Shown here: one piece after another, positions 19,681 to 28,481 of the stretch
Layout of the letters: each line of letters begins with the position of its first letter
Numbering within the stretch: position 1 is the stretch's first letter
NCBI GenBank assembly: GCA_023265685.1
Contig: JAHFSP010000001.1
Coordinates: forward strand, 54,975-118,974
Direction: 5' to 3'
From: Candidatus Woesearchaeota archaeon
Lineage (GTDB): Archaea; Nanobdellota; Nanobdellia; Woesearchaeales; GW2011-AR9
DNA length: 64,000 bases
Program-made: the position numbers and the translations under genes
Notes under the pieces: model-generated
Told to the model about the DNA's origin: nothing
The model's database searches: none
Seen by the model: the letters and a program-made list of their open reading frames with translations, nothing else

Positions 19681-20163
19681 CTAAAACACATGCATTTCAT
19701 GCACGGTCTTATAGGTAAACAATTCTGAGGGTCCAAACCATAATGCAACTTCAACTTTAGATTCTTCTAGAGTTCCTGAAGCATGAATTATGTTCTTAAT
19801 CGAGCGACCTTCTTTATCCGTTGCAGCGTAGGAGTGGTGAGCAAAATCGCCACGAATCGTTCCAGGAGCTGCGGATTTTGGTTCAGTTGCGCCAACCATT
19901 TTGCGTACTAGTTCGACAGCGTGAAGGCCTTCAAGAACCATGGCAATGACCGGACCTTCGGTGATCATCTTTTCAAGACCAGGGTAGAATGGTTTGCTGA
20001 CAAGAGCAGCATAATGGGTTTTTGAAAATGATGCATCGATCCATTTCATTTTCATGCCAACGATTTTAAGACCGACGTCTTCGAAGCGTTGGATGACACG
20101 ACCGCTTAGTCCACGTTGAACGCCATCGGGTTTGATGAGCACGAGGGTGCGTTCAAGCATCAT
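19681..20163 (-). CDS. ndk: Nucleoside diphosphate kinase
   Basis: ERTLVLIKPDGVQR, PGTIRGDF, NIIHAS. Confidence 0.96.
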   Translation of the reverse strand: MMLERTLVLIKPDGVQRGLSGRVIQRFEDVGLKIVGMKMKWIDASFSKTHYAALVSKPFYPGLEKMITEGPVIAMVLEGLHAVELVRKMVGATEPKSAAPGTIRGDFAHHSYAATDKEGRSIKNIIHASGTLEESKVEVALWFGPSELFTYKTVHEMHVF

Positions 20164-20399
20164 TATTGTTCACCTTTTTTGGCAGCTGCTGCACTTTTGG
20201 TCGTTGCAGTTTTTCGTTTCTCTGCGGCAAATGAATTTGTCCAGCGAGTAGTACGAGGGTTGCGACCAAGTTTAATATAATTTTTTTTGGCTTTGGAGTC
20301 TTTGAAATACACGACACGGCCGTCTGCAAAAACATACATAAGGCCAGTACCGGGTTTGATTTCCTCTCCCGAAAATGTGCATTTGGGCATAGTAATCAC
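20163..20399 (-). CDS. rpl24e: 50S ribosomal protein L24e
   Basis: CTFSGEEIKPGTGLMYV...RNPR..RWT. Confidence 0.95.
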   Translation of the reverse strand: MITMPKCTFSGEEIKPGTGLMYVFADGRVVYFKDSKAKKNYIKLGRNPRTTRWTNSFAAEKRKTATTKSAAAAKKGEQ

Positions 20400-20411
20400 C
20401 TATAATTTTGT

Positions 20412-20756
20412 TTATTTACGGCCGCTACTACTGCCGCTACTACCACTATTGCTATTTCCGCCACGTCGTCCACCACCAAGGCGTTGAGCTTCAATCTCAG
20501 TTTCAAGAAGCATTAAAATATCTCCCACTTGAACTGGACCTTTAACATTACGTCGAATAGCTTTGTTTTTATCACGGCCATCAAGAATTTGGCACATGAC
20601 TTGAGTCAGTTCACCGCGACTTCCCGCTCGAGCAACAATCTCTTTAACTTCGGAGGGAATACCATCAGTAAATTTTATTTCACCTTCACTTTTCTGTTCA
20701 GCGGCTTGTTGTTCGCCACCAGCAGGTGAGGCTGATCTTTTTTGAGGAGCTGCCAT
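20412..20756 (-). CDS. rps28e: 30S ribosomal protein S28e with low-complexity extensions
   Basis: [22 protein letters not shown]. Confidence 0.93.
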   Translation of the reverse strand: MAAPQKRSASPAGGEQQAAEQKSEGEIKFTDGIPSEVKEIVARAGSRGELTQVMCQILDGRDKNKAIRRNVKGPVQVGDILMLLETEIEAQRLGGGRRGGNSNSGSSGSSSGRK

Positions 20757-20767
20757 GGGTTCTTCAC

Positions 20768-21085
20768 CTATGCACGAGCAAGAGCTTCAATTGCGGCTTT
20801 TGCTTCGCCTTCTTTGACAATAGCAACAGCAGTTGTTCCAACAGCAAGTCCAGCAGCTGCACCAAGATCTTCTTTTCTACTTACTTGAATACAGGTAATG
20901 CGTTTTTCTTTGCAAAGAAGAGGAAGATGCATCACAACTTCTTTAGGACTAACATCGCCAGCATAAACAACAAGTTTCGCTTCGCCTTTCTCGATAGCTT
21001 TTGTTACTTCGTTTGCTCCCTTACGGATTTTTCCGGATGTACGAGCAACTTCAATAGTTTCTAAGACTTTAGCTTCATTGGTCAT
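20768..21085 (-). CDS. rpl7ae: Ribosomal protein L7Ae
   Basis: [15 protein letters not shown]...LGAAAGL. Confidence 0.96.
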   Translation of the reverse strand: MTNEAKVLETIEVARTSGKIRKGANEVTKAIEKGEAKLVVYAGDVSPKEVVMHLPLLCKEKRITCIQVSRKEDLGAAAGLAVGTTAVAIVKEGEAKAAIEALARA

Positions 21086-21201
21086 GATAATCTACCTCGG
21101 TTGGTTTAATTTTTTTATTTAGTTATACAGGCAAGAAGAATCTTACCTCATTGGCCTTTTCCTTGCCAATTCACTGGTATTTTGTTAAATCAAGAGGTGT
21201 T

Positions 21202-21609
21202 TTATAAAGCTTTGTGCGGTTTATGTAGTAAGAATTGATCGATGATTGAATTTTGGTTAAACGCGAGTGGGGTGTGTTCTAGTTCTTGTTTTGTCACCCA
21301 TTTCCATTCTGATACGTAACGAGGATCCATAACAGGTGTGCCTTTGATTGTTCCATGAAAATAGAAGACAAGAGAAGGAACGCGAATTGTTTCATATTGG
21401 TAACACAAAAAAGTAGGTTCAAATTGACATTTAATGTCAGCAACTACTTCTTCTTTAACTGCTTGGATGGGGTCTGGTGTTTTTTTAAATGCACCACATC
21501 CACCGATGAACGCCCACTCTTCTTTAAATGGTTCTCGACCTCGCCGAATGAGGAGAAATTTATCTTCATGCGTGATGATGGCAACAGTAACTAAACGTGG
21601 TTGATCCAT
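21202..21609 (-). CDS. NUDIX-family hydrolase (divergent Nudix box)
   Basis: LLIRRGREPFKEEWAFIGG...AVKEEV; LAFNQ near the C-terminus. Confidence 0.75.
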   Translation of the reverse strand: MDQPRLVTVAIITHEDKFLLIRRGREPFKEEWAFIGGCGAFKKTPDPIQAVKEEVVADIKCQFEPTFLCYQYETIRVPSLVFYFHGTIKGTPVMDPRYVSEWKWVTKQELEHTPLAFNQNSIIDQFLLHKPHKAL

Positions 21610-21746
21610 AAACAGAAGATAGTGAGCGAGTTTTAATAATTTATGTGGCTCAGAGAAGAGAGAGGTAATTACCAAGATCTAAAATTACCGAAACCTAAAA
21701 TTAAAAAATGAGGGAAAAGAAAAATTAAAAAAAAACAGTCAAAAAT

Positions 21747-22148
21747 CTAACTGCACCAAGCATACGGATGAACAATACCATCAGGTTGATTACACTTAGT
21801 AGGGCAGGTTACGTCATACAAATCAAGGAATGTTCCTCGAATGTGTTTGGAGCGTCCCCACCATGAATGAGTTACAGAACAACCGCCCTCTTGAAGAATT
21901 TTGGTATTAAGACATTTATCACCATAGGTAAACATCTTGCCATTCACGGTAGTCCCTTTTACGAAGCCAGAGATTGTTGATTGTTTTACTACGTCTCCTT
22001 GAGCGTCGGTGGTTTGCACATCACTGTCCTGACAGACTCTTGCGCCACTATGCAACGGATGTATAAACGTTGTTGCTGGAAGGGGAGCTGCTAGAACAAG
22101 TGAACTAACTATTACTACTATTACTATTGCTATAAAAATATGTTTCAT
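21747..22148 (-). CDS. Secreted Cys-rich hypothetical protein (paralog A)
   Basis: Signal peptide; shares GFVKG...Y.DKC....L.EG.C...Y.V.C...CN...AWCS with the next gene. Confidence 0.7.
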   Translation of the reverse strand: MKHIFIAIVIVVIVSSLVLAAPLPATTFIHPLHSGARVCQDSDVQTTDAQGDVVKQSTISGFVKGTTVNGKMFTYGDKCLNTKILQEGGCSVTHSWWGRSKHIRGTFLDLYDVTCPTKCNQPDGIVHPYAWCS

Positions 22149-22331
22149 TGTATCTTCCTCCTTTATGTTTAGAAAAAGGTAGTTAGTTATAAAGATAATT
22201 ATTCTCAAGAAGACTCAAGAAGAAGTTTTAGCTGTGATCTGAAGAAGGATGAGGGAAAGAGGGGTAAGAAGAATGGTGAGAGAAAACAGCTTACAAAATG
22301 AAAAAAGAGAAGAAGAAAAAGTAATCAAAAT

Positions 22332-22730
22332 TTAACTGCACCAGGCTGAAAAATGCGTTGCGTCAGCAGCATTACAGCTATGGGTACAAGACACTCGATA
22401 AATTTGAACGAAGTTGCCAATATGTGTTCCTGCGCCGCTTGCACAAACTCCTTCTTCAAGGACTTTGCCACCAACACATTTGTCATCATATTGAAATGGA
22501 CGACCAATCATATCTTTTCCTTTAACAAAACCGGGAACCATGGCTTGTTGTCCGATATCCCCTCTAAATTGGCGTTGTTCAATACCAGATCTAGTTTTCA
22601 CTTGTAGAAAATCTTTATTTTCACAACTTTTCACTGCAGTGTGAGTTTTGCGGGTCCATGAAACGGCCATTGCACTTGATGTGATGATCGCAAGAACCAA
22701 CATGAACACAATTATTTTTTTTAGAATCAT
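22332..22730 (-). CDS. Secreted Cys-rich hypothetical protein (paralog B)
   Basis: Signal peptide; same Cys framework as 21747-22148. Confidence 0.7.
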   Translation of the reverse strand: MILKKIIVFMLVLAIITSSAMAVSWTRKTHTAVKSCENKDFLQVKTRSGIEQRQFRGDIGQQAMVPGFVKGKDMIGRPFQYDDKCVGGKVLEEGVCASGAGTHIGNFVQIYRVSCTHSCNAADATHFSAWCS

Positions 22731-22860
22731 TGTTTCACCTCATTTTTAGTTGATTTAAGAAAGATCTTTTTCCTATTTAAACTTTTGTTTGGTAGAAATT
22801 GGTTGTTTGGGAGATCATCGATCCAAAGATTTATGTAGATTTAGAGATCCTATGTTATCG

Positions 22861-23460
22861 ATGGCAAAAGATAAAGTGTTGTTTATTGATCTGTCTGAGA
22901 AGAAAACAAAATCTATTGCAGAAGCGATTACCTCTGAAACATCTCGTAAAGTGATGGATCATTTGGCACAGGGTTCAGATACAGAGCAAAAAATTTCCGG
23001 ATCGCTGAACTTACCGATTTCTACGGTTCATTACCATTTACAGAAATTAATGGACGTTGGGTTAGTGAAAACAAATGAATTTCATTATTCTGCCAAAGGT
23101 CGAGAGGTGAACCATTACACCCTTGCAAGCCAATATATTATCATTGCACCATCTCGGGATACTAACTTTAAAGATAAGTTGAAAGCATTGTTGCCGGTTT
23201 GTGGTGTGGTGGTAGGAGTTGCGGCGATATTAAAAATCATTGAGATTTCTTCTTCATCAGCTTTAGAGGTTGCAACAAAAATGACGGGCGTAACTCAAAA
23301 TGTAATGTTGGCCGATGCACCTCAATTGATGGCAGAAACTGCGCCAGTTATCCTAGCCCCAAGTATTGATTTCTCATTGTGGTTTTTGTTAGGTGGAATT
23401 TGTGCGATTTTGGTGTATCTTTTTGTGGTTTTTGTACAGGAGAAAATCAAGAAAAAATAA
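22861..23460 (+). CDS. Membrane-anchored ArsR-like wHTH transcription regulator
   Basis: ISTVHYHLQKLMDVGLV helix-turn-helix, followed by two TM segments. Confidence 0.8.
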   Translation: MAKDKVLFIDLSEKKTKSIAEAITSETSRKVMDHLAQGSDTEQKISGSLNLPISTVHYHLQKLMDVGLVKTNEFHYSAKGREVNHYTLASQYIIIAPSRDTNFKDKLKALLPVCGVVVGVAAILKIIEISSSSALEVATKMTGVTQNVMLADAPQLMAETAPVILAPSIDFSLWFLLGGICAILVYLFVVFVQEKIKKK

Positions 23461-23521
23461 CTTTGAATGAAATTGAAGCTTACTTGAGAATATATAAACC
23501 AGTGGGTCTTTACAAAAAGAG

Positions 23522-24304
23522 GTGATCAACATGAATGATAAAATAGTAGGCTTAATTGGTATTGGTATTTGTGCCATTCTTTTATTTGGTGTGTTTATGG
23601 CAGTCAATAAGCAACCGGCTCTTTCGGGAGTTAATTCTGCTCCTGGAGGAGAACAACGACTTAATACTGTTAGTGTAACCGGAAGTGCAGAAGAAAAGGT
23701 AGCACCCGATCAGGCAGTGTTACGGTTGAGTGTCATGAGCGAAAATCCCACGGCAAAGAATGCAGAAGAAATTAATTCACGAGCAATTGATACAGTGATG
23801 AAGGCTCTTAAAGAGAAAGGTATAAGCGAGAAAAATATTGTGACTGAGTATTACAATTTGTATCCCTATCAAGATTATAACCCCAAAATGGGAACGATGG
23901 AAAACAAAGGTTTTCGTGCCCAACATACTTTGCGAGTCACTGTCCATGATGTTGCAAAAGCAGGAGAAATATTGGATGCGGCAATTAATGCTGGCGTAAC
24001 CAATGTTGATTCGGTTTCGTTTAGTTTGTCTGATGATAAAGAGAAAGTACTTCGTGAACAACTTGTTGGACAGGCAGCCGCGAAAGCACGTGAACGAGCA
24101 ACGTTGCTGGTTGAAGCACTGGGAGAAAAAGTAGGTAAAGTCGTGAGTGTGAACGAAGCGGGATATGCCTCTCCCATTTACTACGCACGTGACACGATGG
24201 CTCTGAAAGCTGAGGCTGCTGGCGCACCTAATGCGATTCCTGATCTTAATCCTGATGATGTGACGGTATCAGTGCAGATTAATGTCGAATTCGCGATTGA
24301 GTAG
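23522..24304 (+). CDS. SIMPL/DUF541 family protein
   Basis: VSVTGSAEEKVAPDQA...AINAGVTNV...AR.RA..L. Confidence 0.88.
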   Translation: MINMNDKIVGLIGIGICAILLFGVFMAVNKQPALSGVNSAPGGEQRLNTVSVTGSAEEKVAPDQAVLRLSVMSENPTAKNAEEINSRAIDTVMKALKEKGISEKNIVTEYYNLYPYQDYNPKMGTMENKGFRAQHTLRVTVHDVAKAGEILDAAINAGVTNVDSVSFSLSDDKEKVLREQLVGQAAAKARERATLLVEALGEKVGKVVSVNEAGYASPIYYARDTMALKAEAAGAPNAIPDLNPDDVTVSVQINVEFAIE

Positions 24305-24357
24305 GTTTGAAGAGAATTACTGTTTGAAGAAGGTTATTTTTATTCCCTTTGTGGGTC

Positions 24358-24904
24358 TAATACCCCGCAGCTTGCTGCGGTATCTTTAAAGCTCCCCACT
24401 CATTTTTTCTTTTATGCAAGTCCGTCACGCTAGTCATTGTACTTATCGTATTCGCTATCACATTGTTCTCGTCATAAAATATAGAAAGAATCTTCTCACT
24501 TCAGAAGTCTTTGACTTTCTGAAGTTCATTTGTAGAGGTATAGAACAACGGTATTACCTTTACTTTGATGCCATCGGAAGCGATGGCGATCATCTTCATA
24601 TAGTTGTTGAAGGAGCACCCCGTTATGCTCCTTCACGAATACTCCAAATTTGTAAAAGTATTCTTGCCATTCAAATTTTCAAGCAATTTCCAGAATTAAA
24701 AGAGGAACTCTGGGGTGGCGAATTCTGGAGTGATGGTGGACACATTGACACAGTTGGAGACGGGCATGGTTTAGAAGCAGTGAAAAAATATGTGAAGAAT
24801 CAGGGAGGAGATCCAGCTCAACTATCTCTTTATCAATTTGCCGAGGCGTAATACCCCGCAGCTTGCTGCGAAGCGACCGTAGGAAGCGGTGGGATAGCCT
24901 CGGC
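24358..24904 (+). mobile_element. IS200/IS605-family element, tnpA only
   Basis: Y1 transposase flanked by identical 22-nt hairpin-forming repeats TAATACCCCGCAGCTTGCTGCG (24358-24379 and 24849-24870). Exact ends are approximate. Confidence 0.85.
24414..24851 (+). CDS. tnpA: IS200-type HUH/Y1 transposase
   Basis: YHIVLVIKYRK, DHLHI (HUH), LWGGEFWS, KYVKNQ (catalytic Tyr). Confidence 0.95.
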   Translation: MQVRHASHCTYRIRYHIVLVIKYRKNLLTSEVFDFLKFICRGIEQRYYLYFDAIGSDGDHLHIVVEGAPRYAPSRILQICKSILAIQIFKQFPELKEELWGGEFWSDGGHIDTVGDGHGLEAVKKYVKNQGGDPAQLSLYQFAEA

Positions 24905-24949
24905 CAAGAATAGGTTTATTTTTTACGTTTTTCTAAAATTATCTAGATT

Positions 24950-25636
24950 CTATTTTTTTCCTAGATTTATATCTGGGGTAAGGGGGGTCGTGACTGTGTA
25001 GATAACATCAGGGTTGTCGAAACGTAAGCAGACCAATTCACCTGTGCAAGTGTTTCGATCTTCAGACCTTAATTTTCCATTATCAATAAAGTCAATATTT
25101 TCAACTTTTTCTGAGGAATCGAATGTAGTAATATTGCCAGATACTATTACCTCTTCATTATCGATGTTTCCTGATGTTAATGTTTTTTTAGCTCCATCTC
25201 CTGATAGGTAAAAATCTAATCTGATCTCAGATGCTCTTTCGTCGGAATAAGATATTTTTCTCTTTTCACGTATGGAATTATTGGGATTGTAAGTGGTGGT
25301 GGTTACATCCTTGCTTTTATCTTTTTGGTCTGAGAAAAAAGTTGTTCTTTTAATCTCTCTTTTAAGATCATCGTATTCGATATTAATTATATAAGGGCGA
25401 CCCCCTGCATTTGAGCAATAATTACCAATCTCAGTTTCAATCTGAGAACGAATTGTTCTTCCATCTAAAACACTATCTTTTCTTTTTTTAATACACCGAT
25501 GACGCAATTCTTCTCCCCCATCGTAATGTTCTTGTACACGAGTTTCTAATACGGGAGTTACGACAGTAGGTTTAACTTGTGATGCAGTCGTGCAACTTGT
25601 TACATACAATAATCCCAGTAGAGGTAAGTATCTCAT
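24950..25636 (-). CDS. Hypothetical lipoprotein
   Basis: LLYVTSC lipobox-like N-terminus. Confidence 0.65.
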   Translation of the reverse strand: MRYLPLLGLLYVTSCTTASQVKPTVVTPVLETRVQEHYDGGEELRHRCIKKRKDSVLDGRTIRSQIETEIGNYCSNAGGRPYIINIEYDDLKREIKRTTFFSDQKDKSKDVTTTTYNPNNSIREKRKISYSDERASEIRLDFYLSGDGAKKTLTSGNIDNEEVIVSGNITTFDSSEKVENIDFIDNGKLRSEDRNTCTGELVCLRFDNPDVIYTVTTPLTPDINLGKK

Positions 25637-25762
25637 AGTAAAGCTAAATTAGAGAGATCTATTTAAATCTTTCTTATGTTGTCACTATTAAGTTACTAAC
25701 TTATCGTAAGTTTTATAAATAGGGTTGTATTTTAAGCTCTATCTGAAAGGAGGATAATAACA

Positions 25763-26089
25763 ATGACTCAAGAATTTTCAACTCGAAACAAAGTAGCAGT
25801 ATCATTTTCCCGTGCAAAGGATGACATGGTTAATCTCTATGATCATGTCAAGTTTTTGTATCAACAAATCGCTCTCTTACAAAAAGAGTGTGACCGCTTA
25901 CGTTTTATGGTAGGCCATACTAAAGCACCTGCCGACAAGATTCTCGTTGCTTCAGCAAGAGGTAAACGAGTTCACGTTTCTACTTGTCCGTTTATGAAAA
26001 ATGTCAAACGTTCAAGCCGGGTAGTGTTTGTGAGCCTTGATCAAGCTAATTTGAAGGGGTATAAGAATTGCTCGTGTGTGAAAGGATAG
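25763..26089 (+). CDS. Hypothetical protein with coiled coil and Ada-like Zn-binding C-terminus
   Basis: VAS..GKRVH...C...GYKNCSC; strong GGAGG ribosome-binding site. Confidence 0.65.
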   Translation: MTQEFSTRNKVAVSFSRAKDDMVNLYDHVKFLYQQIALLQKECDRLRFMVGHTKAPADKILVASARGKRVHVSTCPFMKNVKRSSRVVFVSLDQANLKGYKNCSCVKG

Positions 26090-26093
26090 AAGA

Positions 26094-26717
26094 ATGAACT
26101 TTAATCTAGCTCAATTTTTAGAAACACCTAAATTAAAATATGAATTTCTCCGTCTTGCTCTTGATGGAAGTAGTAGAGATAGAATTTGTTTACAAAATGA
26201 TTTTGACAACTCTTTCGTTTGCTATAATCCTGAAAATGCATGTGCAGCAGATAGAATAATCATGAGTTCTTATCCACTTTTTCATTATCCTTTTGCTTTT
26301 ATGCACACACCACGCTGTGCTGAAACTGATTTTAATGTTGCTGATTTTTTAAATCTTACAAGTTATGAGGAAGATACTCAAGAAAATCTTGGTTTTAAGT
26401 TTGCTCCTTTAGGAGTTGTAGTACGAGAGGCAAGAGATGTGAAAGTTGGAATGAAAGATCACTTACCATTGTTAGTTATTTCATTATATCGTTCTTCAAG
26501 AGACAATCCACTTGATCCAGAACTGATTTGCGATTTACTTCAGGATAAGATTAATGTTCCACCTTCTTATGTTCTGAAGTCGTTGACGCGAGTACACGTT
26601 GTATATGATTTAATTACAAAACGTTTCTCGGGTAATGCTTTTTACACTCCTGCTGGGGCACATAGCAGTGTTCAGTATCCAGCAACGTTTAGAGATGTTT
26701 GTGAGAGAATGAAGTAG
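26094..26717 (+). CDS. Hypothetical protein
   Basis: 207-aa ORF; its 3' end is duplicated at 27259-27329. Confidence 0.65.
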   Translation: MNFNLAQFLETPKLKYEFLRLALDGSSRDRICLQNDFDNSFVCYNPENACAADRIIMSSYPLFHYPFAFMHTPRCAETDFNVADFLNLTSYEEDTQENLGFKFAPLGVVVREARDVKVGMKDHLPLLVISLYRSSRDNPLDPELICDLLQDKINVPPSYVLKSLTRVHVVYDLITKRFSGNAFYTPAGAHSSVQYPATFRDVCERMK

Positions 26718-26777
26718 AGGGAGATTAATTTTTTTGAGGTTTGATGAGTTTTAGTTACAAGATAAGATATAATTTTG

Positions 26778-27032
26778 CTAATAGACTCTTTCTCTGTTAT
26801 CAACTTTTACAACAACAATTCTTTTTTCTTCATGATTAACTCTGTAAAGAGCCCGATAATCGCCTATTCTAATCCTAAATGTTGGTTCACTATAACCCTG
26901 AACTCTCTTTGAATCATGTGGAACCGGATTAAGAGCTAATTCCCCTAGTTTGTTAACAATCCTATCAAAAAGAATCTTTTCACATTTCTTAAGAAACTTA
27001 TCGGCCTGTTTATCAAGCGTTACTTCGAACAT
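26778..27032 (-). CDS. RelE/ParE family toxin
   Basis: ADKFLKK...NP.P...FRIRIGDYRALY...RERVY. Confidence 0.92.
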   Translation of the reverse strand: MFEVTLDKQADKFLKKCEKILFDRIVNKLGELALNPVPHDSKRVQGYSEPTFRIRIGDYRALYRVNHEEKRIVVVKVDNRERVY

Positions 27033-27213
27033 TCTTAAGTTCCTCTAAAGAAATCAGTTTTCCAGCTTTCTCGTTTACAATACTCTCATCAATAAGTTTT
27101 TTTTCTTCTGCTGTGAGGATCGTATCTACATCTATCATGTGGGCTTTAATGTAATGAAGTTCATCCTTGATGTTCTTGAGTTCATCCATGATTAGTTCAG
27201 TTTCTGTTGCCAT
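27013..27213 (-). CDS. Putative antitoxin of the RelE module
   Basis: Small acidic protein upstream of and overlapping the toxin; ...GKLISLEEL tail. Confidence 0.78.
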   Translation of the reverse strand: MATETELIMDELKNIKDELHYIKAHMIDVDTILTAEEKKLIDESIVNEKAGKLISLEELKNVRSNA

Positions 27214-27258
27214 ATTTCACTGTAAGTAGAGGTAATTTATATGGTTTTTGGCTATTTT

Positions 27259-27329
27259 CTCCTGCTGGAGCACATAGTAATATTCAATATCCAGCGACAT
27301 TTAGAAATGTTTGTGAAAGAGTAAAGTAG
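27259..27329 (+). repeat. Diverged copy of the 3' end of gene 26094-26717
   Basis: Encodes PAGAHSNIQYPATFRNVCERVK* versus PAGAHSSVQYPATFRDVCERMK* at 26647-26717. Confidence 0.9.
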
Positions 27330-27498
27330 AAAAGAGGGTGAGTTATTTCTGAGGTTTTGAGTTGTTATGATTGCTCACTGTTTTCACAGCGTCTCAAGGT
27401 AGTTGTAGAATAATGGAAGAGGATAAATTATTTTTTGAGTATTGGAAAGTAGGGGAAAATGTTGCGCGCGAGAATCTGAAGAGTTGTCCACTTTTTTG

Positions 27499-27513
27499 AC
27501 AGGCTTCGCCTGT
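27499..27513 (-). promoter_or_regulatory. DGR-type cis hairpin with GAA loop
   Basis: Coding strand ACAGGC-GAA-GCCTGT, a perfect 6-bp stem 6 nt downstream of the paralog 2 stop. Confidence 0.72.
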
Positions 27514-27519
27514 GGCGCT

Positions 27520-28197
27520 CTACTCAGCGCGGATAGACACGACCCGAGCAAAGGAACCGCAGTCGTAGAGGTCGTAATTACCACCGAGGCTCGAATCGTA
27601 TTGATCGTTCACGAAGAGCGCCCTCATTTCACCAACTTGAGGATTGGAAACAAGATGCGTATTCATTGCGGTGTAATTTGAATTTTGTCCTTCCCACTGG
27701 CGATCAACGTAGGGATCAAGTGCATTTCCTCCTGCAAATTGCCAGACTGGGTGGGCTTTTGCTTGAGACTTTGTGAGTGGAGTGTCGTATATCCCGTCTG
27801 CTCTGTTGAATTCTCTGACGTTGACATCGTCAGCGATGAGAGAATCATACTCCATACGAGTGGATGTTTGATTGAATTCTTGTGGTAGGCGTAGTAACGC
27901 ATCGGAGACAAGAGAGATTTTGAAGAGGCCGTTTGGCCCATAGGTGATTGCAGAACAGCTGTCATTCCATTTTTGACCGAGGTCCCAGTTGCCGATACGG
28001 GCGAGCATGTTTTCTTCGACGGTGAGAGGACGGTAGATTGTTTTGCCGTCAAGAACATGAGTAGGGTGTTGTACAGTTCTTCCTGCTTGTTCGTCGGCTT
28101 TGCAGACGTCTTGGAGAGCGTGATAGCCTTGGGCCCAGGTTTTGGTTTGTGGCATGAGCTGAACGGTTTGTCCAGTAAGTTTTTCGAGGAATGACAT
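27520..28197 (-). CDS. Putative DGR target (variable) protein, paralog 2
   Basis: C-terminus RALFVNDQYDSSLGGNYDLYDCGSFARV is built largely of NNY codons; downstream hairpin present. Confidence 0.85.
   Translation of the reverse strand: MSFLEKLTGQTVQLMPQTKTWAQGYHALQDVCKADEQAGRTVQHPTHVLDGKTIYRPLTVEENMLARIGNWDLGQKWNDSCSAITYGPNGLFKISLVSDALLRLPQEFNQTSTRMEYDSLIADDVNVREFNRADGIYDTPLTKSQAKAHPVWQFAGGNALDPYVDRQWEGQNSNYTAMNTHLVSNPQVGEMRALFVNDQYDSSLGGNYDLYDCGSFARVVSIRAE
27938..28172. repeat. 235-bp exact repeat shared with 33651-33885
   Basis: Base-by-base comparison by eye found no differences. Confidence 0.9.
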
Positions 28198-28481
28198 GTA
28201 GAGGGTTGTAACCGGAAAGTGTTTATAAATTTTATCTTTTTGTTGTTACTTTAAAGTTATTATTGTTATCTTGATTTGGTAGTCCCACTATTTGACCAAT
28301 ACAATATTGAATATTTGCCTTACATGACCCATCAGTAAAACTTTCTCACTATTTTCCATACCATCTTTGTTTTGTCACAGTTCTTACAAAAAGAAAACAA
28401 AATTTCTGAACGTCTCGTTTCTCACTAGCCACTGGTCAAGTCCGCAAAACTCTTTTAAAGCGTTCTTTCTATAATAGAGGG

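Noticed and set aside
27384-28194. Alternative-frame and antisense ORFs repeated over the three DGR paralogs
   Set aside because: They recur only because the underlying genes are paralogous, and their ends are not conserved.
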